A DNA stretch of 64,000 nt from Eledone cirrhosa (GCA_964016885.1 OZ024743.1:119722001-119786000), one strand, 5' to 3'; positions 30,286 through 43,889 are shown, counted from the first letter of the stretch. The notes: a model not told the origin generated them from the sequence alone. Numbers and translations: made by a program.

Positions 30286-30699
30286 GTTTCTCAACAGTAA
30301 AAAGAAAACACGAGAAACAAATGCAAAATAATAAAATACATAAATAAATAAACAATTTATTAAAGATGGTGATACATAAAACGAGAACGCTCAATGAATA
30401 TCTTCACATTTGTCACGAAGAATATAGACCTGAGCAGCTTGTTTCATTTATAAGTTTGAGATCTACTCAAGCTGAACTCGGAAATATCATAAGAAAACAC
30501 ACAAACACACACTTAATAGAATACGAAAAAATAAAGTATTTTAGTAACAAAAAAAAGTTTTAAAAAGGAACTACTTGGTGGGGGTGAAGAATAAAAAAAA
30601 TAACATAAACTTTACGCTACCAGGTTCATCACGATAGACGACTACTATTATTCTCATTATTATTTTTTTTTTTTTATTATAAGCGAATCCCACTCTCTA

Positions 30700-31800
30700 A
30701 GTATTGGCAGAAGTGTTAGGGTGGCGGACGAAATGTTTTGTGACGTTTGCTGCAGCGCTTCACAATACGAGTTCAAATCCTACCGGGGTTAACTTTACCT
30801 TTAACCCTTCCTGGTCAATAAAAAGTACCAGCCAGGTAGTGTGGTCGATGTAATCGACATCGCATCCCATAACGTTTTTAATCTTTTGCCTAAATTAGAA
30901 ATTATTATTAGGCGTAGGCGGTGGATTGGCAGTATCGGTAGAGGGTCGGACGCCATGCTTTGACGCATAGAGTTACGGCCCTTGTCATTCCGAGTTAAAA
31001 TCCCGCCGAGGTTAACTTTACCTTTTATCCTTACTGGGTCGATAAAATAAAGTAGCAGTAATGCACTGGGATAATTGCTGGCCTTGTGCCAAACGTAGAA
31101 ACAATTATTAGGCGGAGGCTTAGCAGAATGGTTAATGCTGGTATTGTGTAAAACTTAATAAACAACATTAATAAGTGGATTGACTGTATAGACAGAGCGC
31201 CGGACACCTTGCTTTATGACATAGTGGTACGGCCCTATATGTTCGTAGTTCAAATCCCGCTTACGGGGTCGATGAAATAAAGTACTAGTAACTCACTGGG
31301 GTCGATTTAATCGACTTTCCCCTTTCTCAAGTTTGAGGGAATTTAGCCTAAATCAGAAACCATTTTTAGGTGGTAAACTGAAAGAATCTCAACAGCGTCG
31401 ACTCAGATACTTTGGTTCTTTACTTATTCAGTTCAAATAACTGATACAGGATTTGATAGAGACTGTTACTCCTCCCAAAATTTCTGGACCTGTGCCTATG
31501 TTAGAAATTATATAGTGATACATAACGGAAGTGTTAAAGCATCAGAGAGAACACTTTGCAGCATTTAGTTACATTGCCTTATGTTCTGAGTTCAAATTAT
31601 GCTGATGCTGATATAAAAGCACTAGATAGCCAGATTCGATAAAGCGTCGGTCAAAATGCCTTGCTAATTGTTCTGCGTTGACATGGACGAGGCCAACTTT
31701 ACCTTTCATCTTTCTGTGGGTCGATGAAATGTATTATCAGTGCCATAAATCAAAGTTGATAAAATAAAACCCCTGCCACAAATTTATAACATTTTATCTA
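30700..31800 (+). mobile_element. Head-to-tail array of about 6 SINE family A copies of different ages
   Basis: Repeated head, B box, core and tail. The youngest copy (30917-31103) has the TSD ATTATTAGGCG at 30904-30914 and 31104-31114. Confidence 0.85.
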
Positions 31801-33140
31801 GGTTAAAAATCCGAGATATGTATAAAATTCTTCATCGAAACGGATTAAAAGAATTTCCAAAACTTCCCAACTTGCTTGAGCTGCCATACGACACCTAACT
31901 GTTTGTGACGGTGGGAACGACAGCAACTCACCTAACGGTTTTTTGCCTACAATATATAACAAAATCGGGAATGCACCCAGTGTTGCCAACCTTAACTCAA
32001 CAACAACAACAACAACAACAGTAAATCAACACTTATGAGTACATGTCACTCACTCTTATTCCCAAAGTCTTCGTAGATGTCTACTGCAACTGATAAGTGT
32101 TGGAGAAAGGTAACGCGGGCGAGAAATGACGTGAACAGGAATATCCAGCGAGGTACTCTGAGGGATACATAGTTTGAAATGTTGACCGAGTTACTTGCTA
32201 AGAGGTTGGCACTTGTCGGCAATAGTGTGGCCTGGAGAACTCAGACTTGTGCAGTCTGGGCAGATATATCGATCTCATTCGATACATTGTTAAGAGTTCA
32301 GTAACAGACTTGTCTTCCATGAGGCCCTGAGGAATGCAGATAAATCGAAATCCTTCAATGCGGTTAGCCATTTATATTTAATGGCTTACTGTCTAGTCCA
32401 TTCAATTGCGTCCACGTTTTCATCTTTTAACAGAATAGCGACTATATGTAATAATGCACTTACATCTAGTAAAGGAAGAATTAAAAGGAGACACCATAGC
32501 AGAAATACCTATCATATTTGATAAATGTCTCAAAATGTTCAAATATATACGCTACTGACATGACGATTGCGTACATACAGAAACTGAGATGCAGCTTGGA
32601 GTGTGTGGATGTATTTAAAAAATAGTGTTTAAAACGTAGAAATATATACACAATTTCATTTAAACATGCATGTAGAGACGAGCACATAAATACAGTAATA
32701 GCACAAACGTATCTGGCGATAAGAAGGCATAGCAAACAATTCAAGTACAGGGAGAAAAGAATGCGTTTTAGTTTTAATTTAAAGAAGCATCTAAAATATG
32801 GTGATTGTGAAGTATCATCTGAAAAATCATTCTATGGTAAAATTAACAGTAGTACTATAACGAACGATTATCCAGCTAATATACATCTAGTTACGGATTT
32901 CGTTTCGCAGCAATGTGGTTTCGGGTTCAATCCAATAACAAAGTCCTCTACTGTAGCCTTTGGTAGGCAAATTTGGTTGGGGTAAACTATGCTAAAGCCC
33001 ATTGCATTTTTACACAACGAAATATACGAAAAATATGAATTAAAGTGAACAATCTAACAATCTTTGCGTTTTTATATGGTTAACCCGGCACTTCCAGGAT
33101 GTAATTACTATATATATATATTAAGTTATACACACACACG

Positions 33141-33239
<99 letters not shown>

Positions 33240-33493
33240 AAGGCAAAGTTAGAAACTCAAAATAGTCTCTTACAATAAAATTAGCTCTAGGAAAGAGGTT
33301 TTTCCGAGCCGTATAATATAACTGAACAAAAAAGAAAAACGAACACAGACATATACATATATGTGTTCAAATCGTAAGGAACCAGATTCGCTAAGGTGAA
33401 AAGAATACTAACTATAGACAATGGGTTTGCCAGACTCAATTTAAGAATAAATCAAGAAAAATAAATACAAACCAGAATTGTGGTAACTACCAA

Positions 33494-33575
33494 TCACCCG
33501 GACAGTTTTGATAATACTGTTTCACAATATTAATTGTAAAGAGGAATACCAACATTCTAGCTCATCAGCGAGTGA
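33494..33575 (-). ncRNA. Canonical type-I hammerhead ribozyme motif
   Basis: TCACTCG CTGATGA GC...GT GAA ACAGT-ATTATCAAA-ACTGT C CGGGTGA. 7-bp stem I, intact core, 5-bp stem III, GUC cleavage triplet. Confidence 0.85.
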
Positions 33576-34039
33576 ACAATTATTAGTATCCTGGTCACTT
33601 CTAAGTATATTAAAAAAACTGGATAGTGTGCGTATATATAATGCACATGGTACCAGAACTTAGCGTGTCTCGCAAACTCACGCCACGAAAAATTGGCAAC
33701 CATTCACGGTGTGGCTCAATGACGAATTAATTAATTAAATATATATATCTATGGCTCTGTATATATATATCTGTATATATATCTATGGCTCTGTATATGT
33801 AAACATCTATATTTTATATACTCCACTAAGCAGTATTCGGCTGCGCTTTCTAGCAACCAGCCTACTCGACGTCAGGCACCAATCACAAGCTTTCTGACTT
33901 GATCACTAGCCATGTGACAATTCTTAGCCATTTTGAATTCGTTTCTGGCGGGGATCATTTAAGAAAATATTTGTCCTATTGAGTTTGTTTCCTGATGATT
34001 TCGAAACTCGTTGATTTATCCATGATCGGATATTTACAA

Positions 34040-34092
34040 AAAGCTAATGAAACCTCCGGGGGTAGAAACATGATTTTGGTATGTTTATGTAC
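34040..34092 (+). ncRNA. Decayed hammerhead-like motif
   Basis: CTAATGA A ACCTC-CG-GGGGT A GAA ACAT...ATGT T. One core substitution and a weak stem I. Confidence 0.35.
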
Positions 34093-34338
34093 ATTTTTCT
34101 TCTAACTTTGATTTTGTACCTAATTGTGTATGGTTAACTATATGTCTAGTCAGTTTCTACGGGCTATTAGAAATACTTGGTAAATCTTCTGTGGCTGTGG
34201 ATCATTTATTTATCTATTGTTTCTTCATAGGTACATTTTAAACTTATAGCCTCGTTTAATTGATTTTTATGTGGTTGATTATGCTGATTGGGAGAAGAAA
34301 TACTGTATATATTTTATCAAATGATTCTATGGACTTAC

Positions 34339-34386
<48 letters not shown>

Positions 34387-34576
34387 TTAAGGATACTATT
34401 TATGGTTATGTATATACTAAAACCTTTTATAGTTATATATATTTTAAACCCTAAACAGTGAAAGACAGTAATTTATTACTACCTTATTACCAGTAAGAGA
34501 AATAGCTCAACATCAGTTGTTCTACAGAGCAGTTATATAGGAATTACATGAATCAAAGTTCTGTTCAAATCATTTA

Positions 34577-34626
34577 TTCGCTTACAATTGTTTCTTCCAA
34601 ACCGAGGCTTGATGTCTTCAGAGCAA
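34577..34626 (-). ncRNA. Type-I hammerhead motif
   Basis: TTGCT CTGAAGA CA-TCAAGCC-TC-GGTTTGG-AA GAA ACAATTGT A AGCGA. Stem III is the palindrome ACAATTGT. Confidence 0.7.
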
Positions 34627-35346
34627 TTTTTCAATGATTGTTCACATACATGACCTCCTTTTCAACACAAGAGACATACAGAAACATATGTATATATTGA
34701 TGCACAGTGGGTTGACATCCATTATAATAATATTTAAGCATGACAGTTTACATTCAAAGATTAAAGTCATATTAAAAGAAAATTACAACAAAATTAAAGT
34801 TATAATACAACATTGGCAGTTTACGAAGATGATGCAGGAGGATAGTTAGAAGTAGTTAGTTACATGTGGGGCATGCACGTGTGTCCTATTTATATAAGAT
34901 TATAGTGCGGTAAGGTGTTATATGGAATATAAGCACTTTAAGCGGGCAATCAAGAGTATTATGGGGGTTGTATAGTATTTTATATGTATGATATAGAAGC
35001 TTCTATATCATACATATATTCTGTGACCTCTTCAAAAACAAGATGGCGTAGGACAGAACAAAGGAGAGGCATAAAACAAAGAAAAGAATCCCCAGTCACT
35101 GAAGAGGTCACAGAATGTGTGACGAAAGAACTTTGACAATATATGAACAACCGTCCGGTTGTGGAACCAACCAACCAACCGGAAATTTATAAATTTTTAA
35201 ATTTATAATTTAATTTATAATAAATTGGAGTGAAAGCAACTGGTGCGTGTGTTTCTTATTGGCAACATGACCGTCCCAAAGTATAACAATATCGGTTCCA
35301 ACACACGTTTTCAGATAAATAATCTTGCTAAACAAATTCAGAAACG

Positions 35347-35425
<79 letters not shown>

Positions 35426-35444
35426 GATAAATTAACGGAGCCAT

Positions 35445-35765
35445 AGACTCTCGCTATTCCCTGTCAGTAATGTAATGTGCTCAAAGTAGAAGGAATCCCG
35501 AGCTCCTTATAATACAATATGTAGAAAAGATAACACACTAGAGAGAGAGATAGTGCGTCATCAGTCAAACAGGGAAAAACCACCAGTGTATGGAATCTAA
35601 AGTCCATGGAAGAGGTATGTATTTACACTTTAATTTATACTTTTAATTATTGTGTGTCTACTCTGCCTTCCATGGGCTATAGATTCCATACACTGGTGGT
35701 TTTTCCCTGTTTGACTGATGGCGCACTATCTCTCTCTAGTGTGTTATCTTTTCTACATATTGTAT
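35445..35765. repeat. Fold-back element, ~100-bp arms plus tail
   Basis: 35512-35612 is the near-perfect reverse complement of 35667-35764. Flanked by (TA)n. Confidence 0.9.
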
Positions 35766-35769
35766 ATAT

Positions 35770-36294
35770 ATAAAAATAAGTTAAATAAAGTAAAGTTAAA
35801 TAAAAGTCAAATGATTAAAATTTAGCTTCGTTTATTACTGCTATATATATTTCAGTGACAGCCATCTTTGGCTGTGACCTCTTCAGGCAGTTTGAATTAG
35901 TATGGTATAGACAAGTACATATGTTGTTTAGGTGTATAATATTGTCAATACTCTGATATGCCCAGTTCCTGGTTGGGTTGTTATTTCAATTGATTGAAGC
36001 TAAATTTTAATCATTTGACTTTTATTTAACTTTATTTTACACTACTCCGGAGTAACCAAACTAACCTGCGCACTCCGTCGAGTGCTCCAGGCTGCATACT
36101 GAGGTATTGGTATACAACCAACATAAACTCAAAAGATTCAGGACCCCGGCGGCTGAGTTCCGGCCGTTTCGACAGCTAGATCCGAACTAAGCCAGTGTCG
36201 GGGTCTTGAATCTTTTCATGTTACCCACTCTACTACCCCAAGTACTATCGAGTACTCTGGTGCGTTTTGGTCCACCTGGAATCTTAGCACACCC
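35770..36294. mobile_element. PLE-derived bipartite insertion: hammerhead arm (minus, 35770-35995) plus inverted tail arm (plus, 35996-36294)
   Basis: 35792-35829 is the reverse complement of 35996-36033. The hammerhead is at 35837-35891 and a long hairpin at 36131-36216. Homologous pieces are at 56005-56186, 25108-25373 and 24996-25066. Confidence 0.8.
35837..35891 (-). ncRNA. Type-I hammerhead ribozyme motif
   Basis: ACTGC CTGAAGA GGT-CACAGCCA-AAGA-TGGCTGTC-ACT GAAA TATATA TA GCAGT. Stem II shows a compensatory change relative to 25164-25219 (ATAGCCA/TGGCTAT vs ACAGCCA/TGGCTGT). Confidence 0.8.
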
Positions 36295-36305
36295 TCTTTG
36301 TTTGT

Positions 36306-36399
<94 letters not shown>

Positions 36400-36629
36400 C
36401 GTGTGTCTGTGTGTGTATGTGTGCATGTGTGTGTGAGTATGTATGTACGTGTTTATGTACGCATGTATGTCTGTCTTCTGATGTCATTTGCTGTGCCATT
36501 ATACATAAAGTTATGTTGATTAGCTCCACGATAAATCTAGTAGATCAGACATGTTTGATAGAGTACGGTACCGAACCTGCCTTTCCATCTTTATGTCGTG
36601 TATAATATATGGAAGTTTTTTGTTAGTAT

Positions 36630-36730
36630 TTCTAACGGGTAAAGCCATTCCTCTTTCTAACAGGTAAAGCCATCCTCTTTCTGAACTTGTAAAGCCATCC
36701 CTCTTTCTAACAGGTAAAGCCATCCCTCTA
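36630..36730 (+). repeat. Minisatellite, 4 x ~24 bp
   Basis: TTCTAACAGGTAAAGCCATCCCTCT repeated. Confidence 0.9.
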
Positions 36731-36837
36731 TTGTTGTTGTAATTATTTTGTGTTTTGTTTGATTTCGTTATCTTCGTTGCTGGAGACGAATTTAGAATTT
36801 ACACTAGAATACAAGTATATATATCTATGTAGTATAT

Positions 36838-36878
<41 letters not shown>

Positions 36879-36880
36879 TG

Positions 36881-36920
<40 letters not shown>

Positions 36921-36924
36921 TGAA

Positions 36925-36957
<33 letters not shown>

Positions 36958-37005
36958 GAGAGCGTGAGAGAGAGAGAGCGTGAGAGAGAGAGAGAGCGTG
37001 AGAGA

Positions 37006-37058
<53 letters not shown>

Positions 37059-37407
37059 TGAAAGAGTGTATTTGACTAATTGTTCATTACCGTTATGTGT
37101 CTCCAATGTAAATATATATCTAATGATATTTGCTGTTGTAGATTGTTGCTGTTATTCTCGTCTTCGTCATTATCGTCACCCACCATCTTCGTCAACATGA
37201 TCATCAACGCCATTAGTGTAATTATTGCTGTTGTGATTGCTGGTATTTTTGTTACTGTTGTTGGAGTTTTTTGTTGTTGTTGTTGTTATTTTTGTTGTAA
37301 ATTTTTATTGTTGCTGTTGCCCTCTTTATCTTCGTTTATATTTTATTTGTGTACTGATTTCGCGTGAGTACACATTTCTTTGCAAATTATACATGTAGCA
37401 AACCGGT

Positions 37408-37497
<90 letters not shown>

Positions 37498-38529
37498 ATC
37501 TTATTATTCCTATATATTTATTTATTTTTGCTCTTTCCCCATATTTAATTTGACCTGTGGGTAAAAAAAATTGCACCCTTTTTCCCCCACTGCTCTCAAA
37601 AAAAAAAGAAAACCTCTTTAAATGGACGAACTCAATTTTGAACGAGACGGAGTATAAATAAGATAATGTATAAAATAAAATGAAATGAAATAAAAGAGAC
37701 GCCGAAATAACCCAGGGGTGGTTAGTTATCTCTGGGATACCTTTTATCAACCAAATAAATAAATAATGTTTTTATATTTTTTTATGTAAAACGACGAAAA
37801 ATACAGAAAAAATATATAAAGTCAGTCCGCCTACCCAACACCTCCAGGTTTTGCAGGCTAATACCACTCTCCTGTGATGGTTGCAGTGGTGGTGGTGGTA
37901 GTGATTGTGTTGGTGGTGGCAGTGGTGTTTGATGGGTGGTAGTGCTTGATGGGTGCTGCTGGTGATGGCGGTGGTGAACATTTTGCTTCTCATCTCATTA
38001 ACCAATCCCGCCGGCCCGTCACACTTGACCTGACAAAGCCGTGTTAGAGGTCGCTAATGAAGAGGACACAACAAAAAATTGCAGCCGTGCTCGGTCACAG
38101 TTCATTGAAGACATCACAACTAGTAAGATGCAATAACGAAAGTCACCACCATCATCATCATCATCATCATCATCATCTTCATCATCACCATCACCATTAC
38201 CATCATCATCATCATCATTACCATCACCATTACCATCATCATCATCATCATCTTTATCATCACCATCACTATCACTTTCATCATCATCATCATCATCACA
38301 CTGTCACCATCAGGACCCAACCACTACCCGACCTTTCAGTGAAACGCTAAAACAAAAATAACAAATAAAATATGGGAGACAACCGTTCTCTTTTCATTTT
38401 CATATATTTTGTGATTTTTACCCTCCATTTCATTCGATTCTCTCATTTTTTGTTAATATCATTTTTGTTATTGTTAGTGATCGTGATGGTGTCAGTGATT
38501 GACGTTTTTTTCCTCTGTGACATTACAAT

Positions 38530-38563
<34 letters not shown>

Positions 38564-38981
38564 ATCAACCATACATACATACATTCACACATGCATACAT
38601 ACACATACATACATACATACATGCATACATACACACACATACATATATACATACATACACGCATATATATATATATATATAGACACAAATATTACAAGGT
38701 AAAAGAATAAAAAAACAAACATGATACGCTAAAAGAAGATATGGAGAGGGTTTGGTTCTTACAGTTGTTGTTAATGTGTTGTAGTAATTAATAGCAAGTA
38801 ATACGTTCACATGGCATCAATAATGGCATAAAAGAGATTTAACAATTTCATTTCGTATGGATTTACTGGTGGTATGTTGTACAGTTGTTCTTTTGTATGT
38901 AACGTGCGCGTTGTGTATATGTATGTGTACGAACACACACATATCACATATATATATATAATATTTGTATAATATATATAC

Positions 38982-39078
<97 letters not shown>

Positions 39079-39079
<1 letters not shown>

Positions 39080-39607
39080 TAGGTTGAGGAAAAAGTTCGT
39101 GCGCCGTGTTATAATAATGGTCGCGCCATCAACGCTGAACTTTACTGTGAGCAACTTGAGCGAGTCTACGATGCGCTGGTTGAAAAGTACCCAAGTCTTG
39201 TTCGTCGAACACGCGCTTTGTTTCAGCAAGACAATGCAAAGCCGCATACCGCCAGAAAGACCAGAAACAAGATTGAAGAATTGGACGGTGTGGAATTTCT
39301 GCCGCATCCAGCCTATAGTTCAGACCTTGCTCCATCTGACTACGGTCTCTTCCGATCAATGCAGCACTTTATGAAAGGTTGCCGATTTGAGTCATTCGAT
39401 GAAGTTGAAGAAGCCTGTCAAGAATTTTTCGATTCAAAGCCGAAGGATTGGCACCTTGACCAAATCCGAAAGCTTGCAGGTCGTTGGCTGAAGGTCGTGG
39501 ACAATGATGCTCCTTATTTTGAAGAATAGTTGTTGTTGTTTTTGAATAAATTCTTGCATAAAAAATCATTATTTTAACACGGCGCACGAACTTTTTCCTC
39601 AACCTAG
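39079..39607 (+). mobile_element. Internally deleted mariner (DD34D) with both TIRs and TA TSD
   Basis: TIR TTAGGTTGAGGAAAAAGTTCGTGCGCCGTGTTA and its reverse complement. The transposase C-terminus FQQDNAKPHTA..LPHPAYSSDLAPSDYGLF..YFEE* (39218-39529) is present and the N-terminal half is deleted. Confidence 0.95.
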
Positions 39608-39946
39608 TATTATACTATATTATTTATTTATGTTCATCACTGAACAAAGAGCTATCAAATTTGTGACCTAAGAGGAAACATTCAAAGAATTCAACTGATT
39701 TTCAACCACTTTAATATTGACTTATATTTCTTTTTAATAACTTTTCTTTTTCCACACTTACATACTACGGTACATCTTCTATACTACTCAATTCCATCTT
39801 TATTTTATACCATACATCTGCTATACTGCGCATACTAACATTACCATTTGGAATTTATATCTTTGAGTTTTTTCATTTGTTATACTACGTTTTCATAAAG
39901 AAGCGCTTAACACGCTATATTTTTAATGCTATGTCCAAACTTGTCC

Positions 39947-40035
39947 AAGCACCTGATAATAAGGTCACACATTTGATCGTTCTTACAATCTCGGAAAATG
40001 GTCAAAATTGGACCTTGAAACCTTAGGTAGCACTT
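39947..40035 (+). ncRNA. Degenerate hammerhead with enlarged stem II
   Basis: AAGCAC CTGATAA T AAGGTC...GACCTT GAA ACC-TTA-GGT A GCACTT. Homologous to 26056-26147. Confidence 0.6.
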
Positions 40036-40074
40036 TATTCTGTGTATGAACATAGATACATAATATAATATAAT

Positions 40075-40350
40075 AGTGCTGATATTATAAACTTATCGGC
40101 TTATACATTCTTCATGTACTAAAGTCTAATTTCCCCAACCACTCATTTGGTCTTTACCGAGACGACTGTCTTTAGTTTTCACATGATTATAATCGCTAAA
40201 CAGATTGTGTGAAGATTTGATTGACATTTTTCACACGCTAGGATTTAAAATGTTGGTTGACACGAACATTACTAATGCAAAGCTCCTTGGTGTCAACTTA
40301 GACCAAACCACAGCTTCGTATAAACCATACCATAAACCAAACGAAAAATT
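40075..40350 (+). pseudogene. Penelope-like reverse transcriptase core fragment
   Basis: LIGLYILHVLKSNFPNHSFGLYRDDCL / DLIDIFHTLGFKMLVDTNITNAKLLGVNLDQTTASYKPYHKPNEKLKYINK match PLE GLYRDDGL and YKPY-KPN motifs. Confidence 0.8.
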
Positions 40351-40491
40351 GAAATATATTAATAAATACTAAATATATTAATATATATATTATAAAGAAG
40401 AGGCAGTTTTATGTATACATCCTCTGTTTATTATATAATCCTGTTATGCGTATTTCGAAGACAGGTTTAGGTGTTATATATATATATATAT

Positions 40492-40736
40492 AGTTAAAAG
40501 AATAGAGGTGTAACACACAAGTTATTATATATTGGTAAACGGAATAGAAAATGCTGACAAATTGTTCACAGTTGAAAAATGGTTTAATTAGGAATAAAAG
40601 AGTATTAGCGATTGTATGGGTTAAAAACTTAAAACTACAACTGAATACTTACCCATACAATCACTAATACTCTTTTATTCCTAATTAAACCATTTTTCAA
40701 CTGTGAACAATTTGTCAGCATTTTCTATTCCGTTTA

Positions 40737-40744
<8 letters not shown>
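40492..40744. repeat. Fold-back element, ~95-bp arms (family shared with 3563-3792)
   Basis: 40528-40622 is the near-perfect reverse complement of 40650-40744. The leader AATAGAGGTGT.ACACAC is shared with the other copy. Confidence 0.9.
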
Positions 40745-40802
<58 letters not shown>

Positions 40803-40939
40803 ATGTAAGCATAAAACCGTCTGTTTTTCTTTATAACATCCACACTCCGCCTGGTACCTTATACGTAACCTCGTCGTTGAGTGCTTATGTCTGTTTACAC
40901 CCAATCGGTCGATTAAATGACCAACCAACGCTTTTTACA

Positions 40940-40987
<48 letters not shown>

Positions 40988-40990
<3 letters not shown>

Positions 40991-41173
40991 GGTGGATTGG
41001 CAGTATCGGTAGAGGATCGGACGCTATGCTTTCCAGCATAGTTACGTCCCTTTACGATCTGAGTTCAAATCCCGCCGAGGTTGACTTGCCTTTCATCCTT
41101 ACGGGGTCGATAAAATAAAGTACCAGTAATGCACTGGGTAATTGCTGGCCTTGTGCCTAAAGTAGAAACAATA
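40988..41173 (+). mobile_element. Young SINE family A copy
   Basis: Full head, core and tail. Confidence 0.95.
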
Positions 41174-41175
41174 AT

Positions 41176-41210
<35 letters not shown>

Positions 41211-41510
41211 TCTTGCACTTATTGAGTTGCGGTCATGATGGGGTGCCACAATCAGGGTGTTTAGTCAATCATTGCAGCCAAGCAAATATTTCAGTGTATT
41301 TCGCATTTATTTCGTAGTTCTACATTTTATTAATTGGATAATTTCACACATTTGAAATAAATTGAATGGAAGAAAGCTTCTATGAAAAAATATATACACA
41401 AATATATATATATATATATATATATTTGTGTATATATTTGTGTATATATATATATTTGTGTATATATTTGTGTATATATTTGTGTGTATATATATATTTG
41501 TGTATATATT

Positions 41511-41545
<35 letters not shown>

Positions 41546-41547
<2 letters not shown>

Positions 41548-41908
41548 ATAGAATTATAAACCTTCGCCATTATTTGACTACAGACAATAGTCTAATAACG
41601 TGGCTTATAAGTTCCCATTACGGAGACAAATGGCATCAGAAGGCGTGAGAATTGAGCCCACACCTCTTATTGTCCGGGTAATTGTGCTAGCCGATTTTAT
41701 CAGCCTGTCCAACCTTCTTTACAATGGGAATCAGCACGCTGGGCATGCTGGTGTAATCGGCTAGCACAATTATCAGGACATTAAGAGATGTGGGCTCGAT
41801 TCTAACGCCTACTGATGCCGATTTCTTCCGTGAAGGGGGCTTATATTCCACGTTATTAGACTGCTTTCTGTAGTAAAAATACCGTGAAAGCTTATGATTC
41901 TATTTTAA
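41546..41908. repeat. Diverged inverted repeat (~165-bp arms) containing tRNA-like A/B boxes
   Basis: 41546-41712 aligns by eye with the reverse complement of 41740-41908. The right arm has TGGTGTAATCGG and GGCTCGATTCT. Confidence 0.75.
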
Positions 41909-41974
41909 AATGTTCAATCACCGCCGTATTCTCAGACATACGTTCTACCATTTATATACATACATATTTATACA

Positions 41975-42052
<78 letters not shown>

Positions 42053-42299
42053 CATAATCATGTATGGTTGTGTTCTAATATCTACACACATATAAAAGTA
42101 TATATATATATATTATTGTGTGTGTGTATTTGTAAGCGCACGCTTATATATATATATATATATATACATATACATAACCATGTATGGTTGTGTTCTAATA
42201 ACTACACTCACAGAGACACACACACACACATATAAAAGTATATATATATATATATATGAATGTGTGTGTGTGTATTTATAAGCGCACGCTTATATACTG

Positions 42300-42383
<84 letters not shown>

Positions 42384-42482
42384 CAGGGTGTCCAAAAAAA
42401 TGATTAAACACTTTGATTACCTGTACAGGAAATATTTATTAGAATGCTGCTGAAGCGTGTATGCATTTCTTGGGACACCATG
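42384..42482. mobile_element. 99-bp Tc1-like MITE
   Basis: CAGGGTGTCCAAAAAAATG / CATTTCTTGGGACACCATG imperfect TIRs, TA on both sides. Confidence 0.7.
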
Positions 42483-42484
42483 TA

Positions 42485-42533
<49 letters not shown>

Positions 42534-43889
42534 TCTCGCACTCTGAACATACCAAGCGAGGAATATTTCAATCAACTAAAACTCGCCTCGCAATTTTAAG
42601 ACCGAAATTAGATTTGGGAGTGTTCAGAACATGAAAGGCAAGAAAGAAAGAGAACTTATATAACCTGTGCTGGTCCAAGTCTTTTTCAACAATTTTAGTC
42701 ATTGCAGTGTGCGTGAATGTTGTTTATAAGATAACTTGGTTAAAGGAGCATATATATTCCAATCCTATTATACCTTTTCAGCAAACCGAATTCACCAAGT
42801 TATTTGGCAAGGTTAGAATATTATCAAATGTATACGAATGTGTAAATCATTTTCTAATTAGGCGTGTCTATAAAGGGTAGAGGCAAAAAGTTGCAGAAAA
42901 CTCTCTATGTGAAATGTTTATATATACAAGTAGAGTCTCCCTCTCGAAACATGCCTGTTCTCGAGTAAACACTTCTAAAATGAGTTTCGGTCTTGAAATT
43001 GCGAGGATAGTCTCAGTATCGAAATGTTTATTCCACTTGCTGTGTCATACGACTCTCTATGCTCAGTCGAATGCATAACACTTCTACTATCTTTGACTGA
43101 ATTAATACAGCCTTCCTTTCTTTCTCTCTTACGCTCTCTCTCTCTCTCTCTCTCCCCGTCTCTCTCTCTCTCTCCCCCTCTCTCTCTCTCTCTCTCTCTC
43201 TCTTTCACTCTCTCTTCTCTCTCTCTCTCCCTCTCTCTCTGTCCCTCTGTGTCTCTATCCCACACACTCTTATAGATATAGAGTCAGCGTTAGGGAGAGA
43301 AATAGAAAGAAAAAGAAAGCGAGCAAATCTATGCTTAGTCGAGTGCATGACACTTCCATATCTGGCTGTGTCCACACTTGCACAGACGCACACATACAGA
43401 GACAAATAAACATACACATAAACCAACACTAACACACACACATACACAAATATACACACACAGATACACAACACAACGATACAAAACAAAAAAAAACAAG
43501 AACAAACTAATCGAATTAGAATGATAGTCTATTAAGGTGATTAACCAGTTGATTGATTCACTGAGAAGTCTGTCATTTAGAATCATACACCGTTTCCTTC
43601 GACCGCTCCTTAATTTAGCAATCATTAGCCAGACCGGTCTGGCTGAATCAGAGTCGGTAAAGTCTCATCTGGTTTGGAAAAAGAAAGGGGTGTAACTCAA
43701 TATAAAAAGAGGATGAAGTCTATGAAAATGAATTAACAAATAAATAAATATATAAATATATAAATAAATAAATAAAACAAATAAATAAATAAAGATACAA
43801 TATTAACAGATAGAATAAATAATATATAGGATAATTTGTATAGATCACTGAGAACTTCCCCGTGTTTGCGATGCGAGTGTGTTTGCGTA

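Noticed and set aside
31800-32400. Possible LINE 3' end with (CAA)n tail, and a CTGAGGA..GAAA motif near 32326
   Set aside because: Protein similarity is too weak, and the hammerhead stems do not pair convincingly.
33990-34012. CTGATGATTTCGAAAC hammerhead-like core, and similar partial motifs at ~35555 and ~52360
   Set aside because: No stem II or stem I can be formed, or one core box is missing.
36630-36730. CRISPR-like short direct repeats
   Set aside because: No unique spacers, eukaryotic context and no cas genes; it is a minisatellite.
38057-38350. Poly-histidine ORF
   Set aside because: Degenerate (CAT/CAC)n microsatellite with no recognisable domain or splice context.
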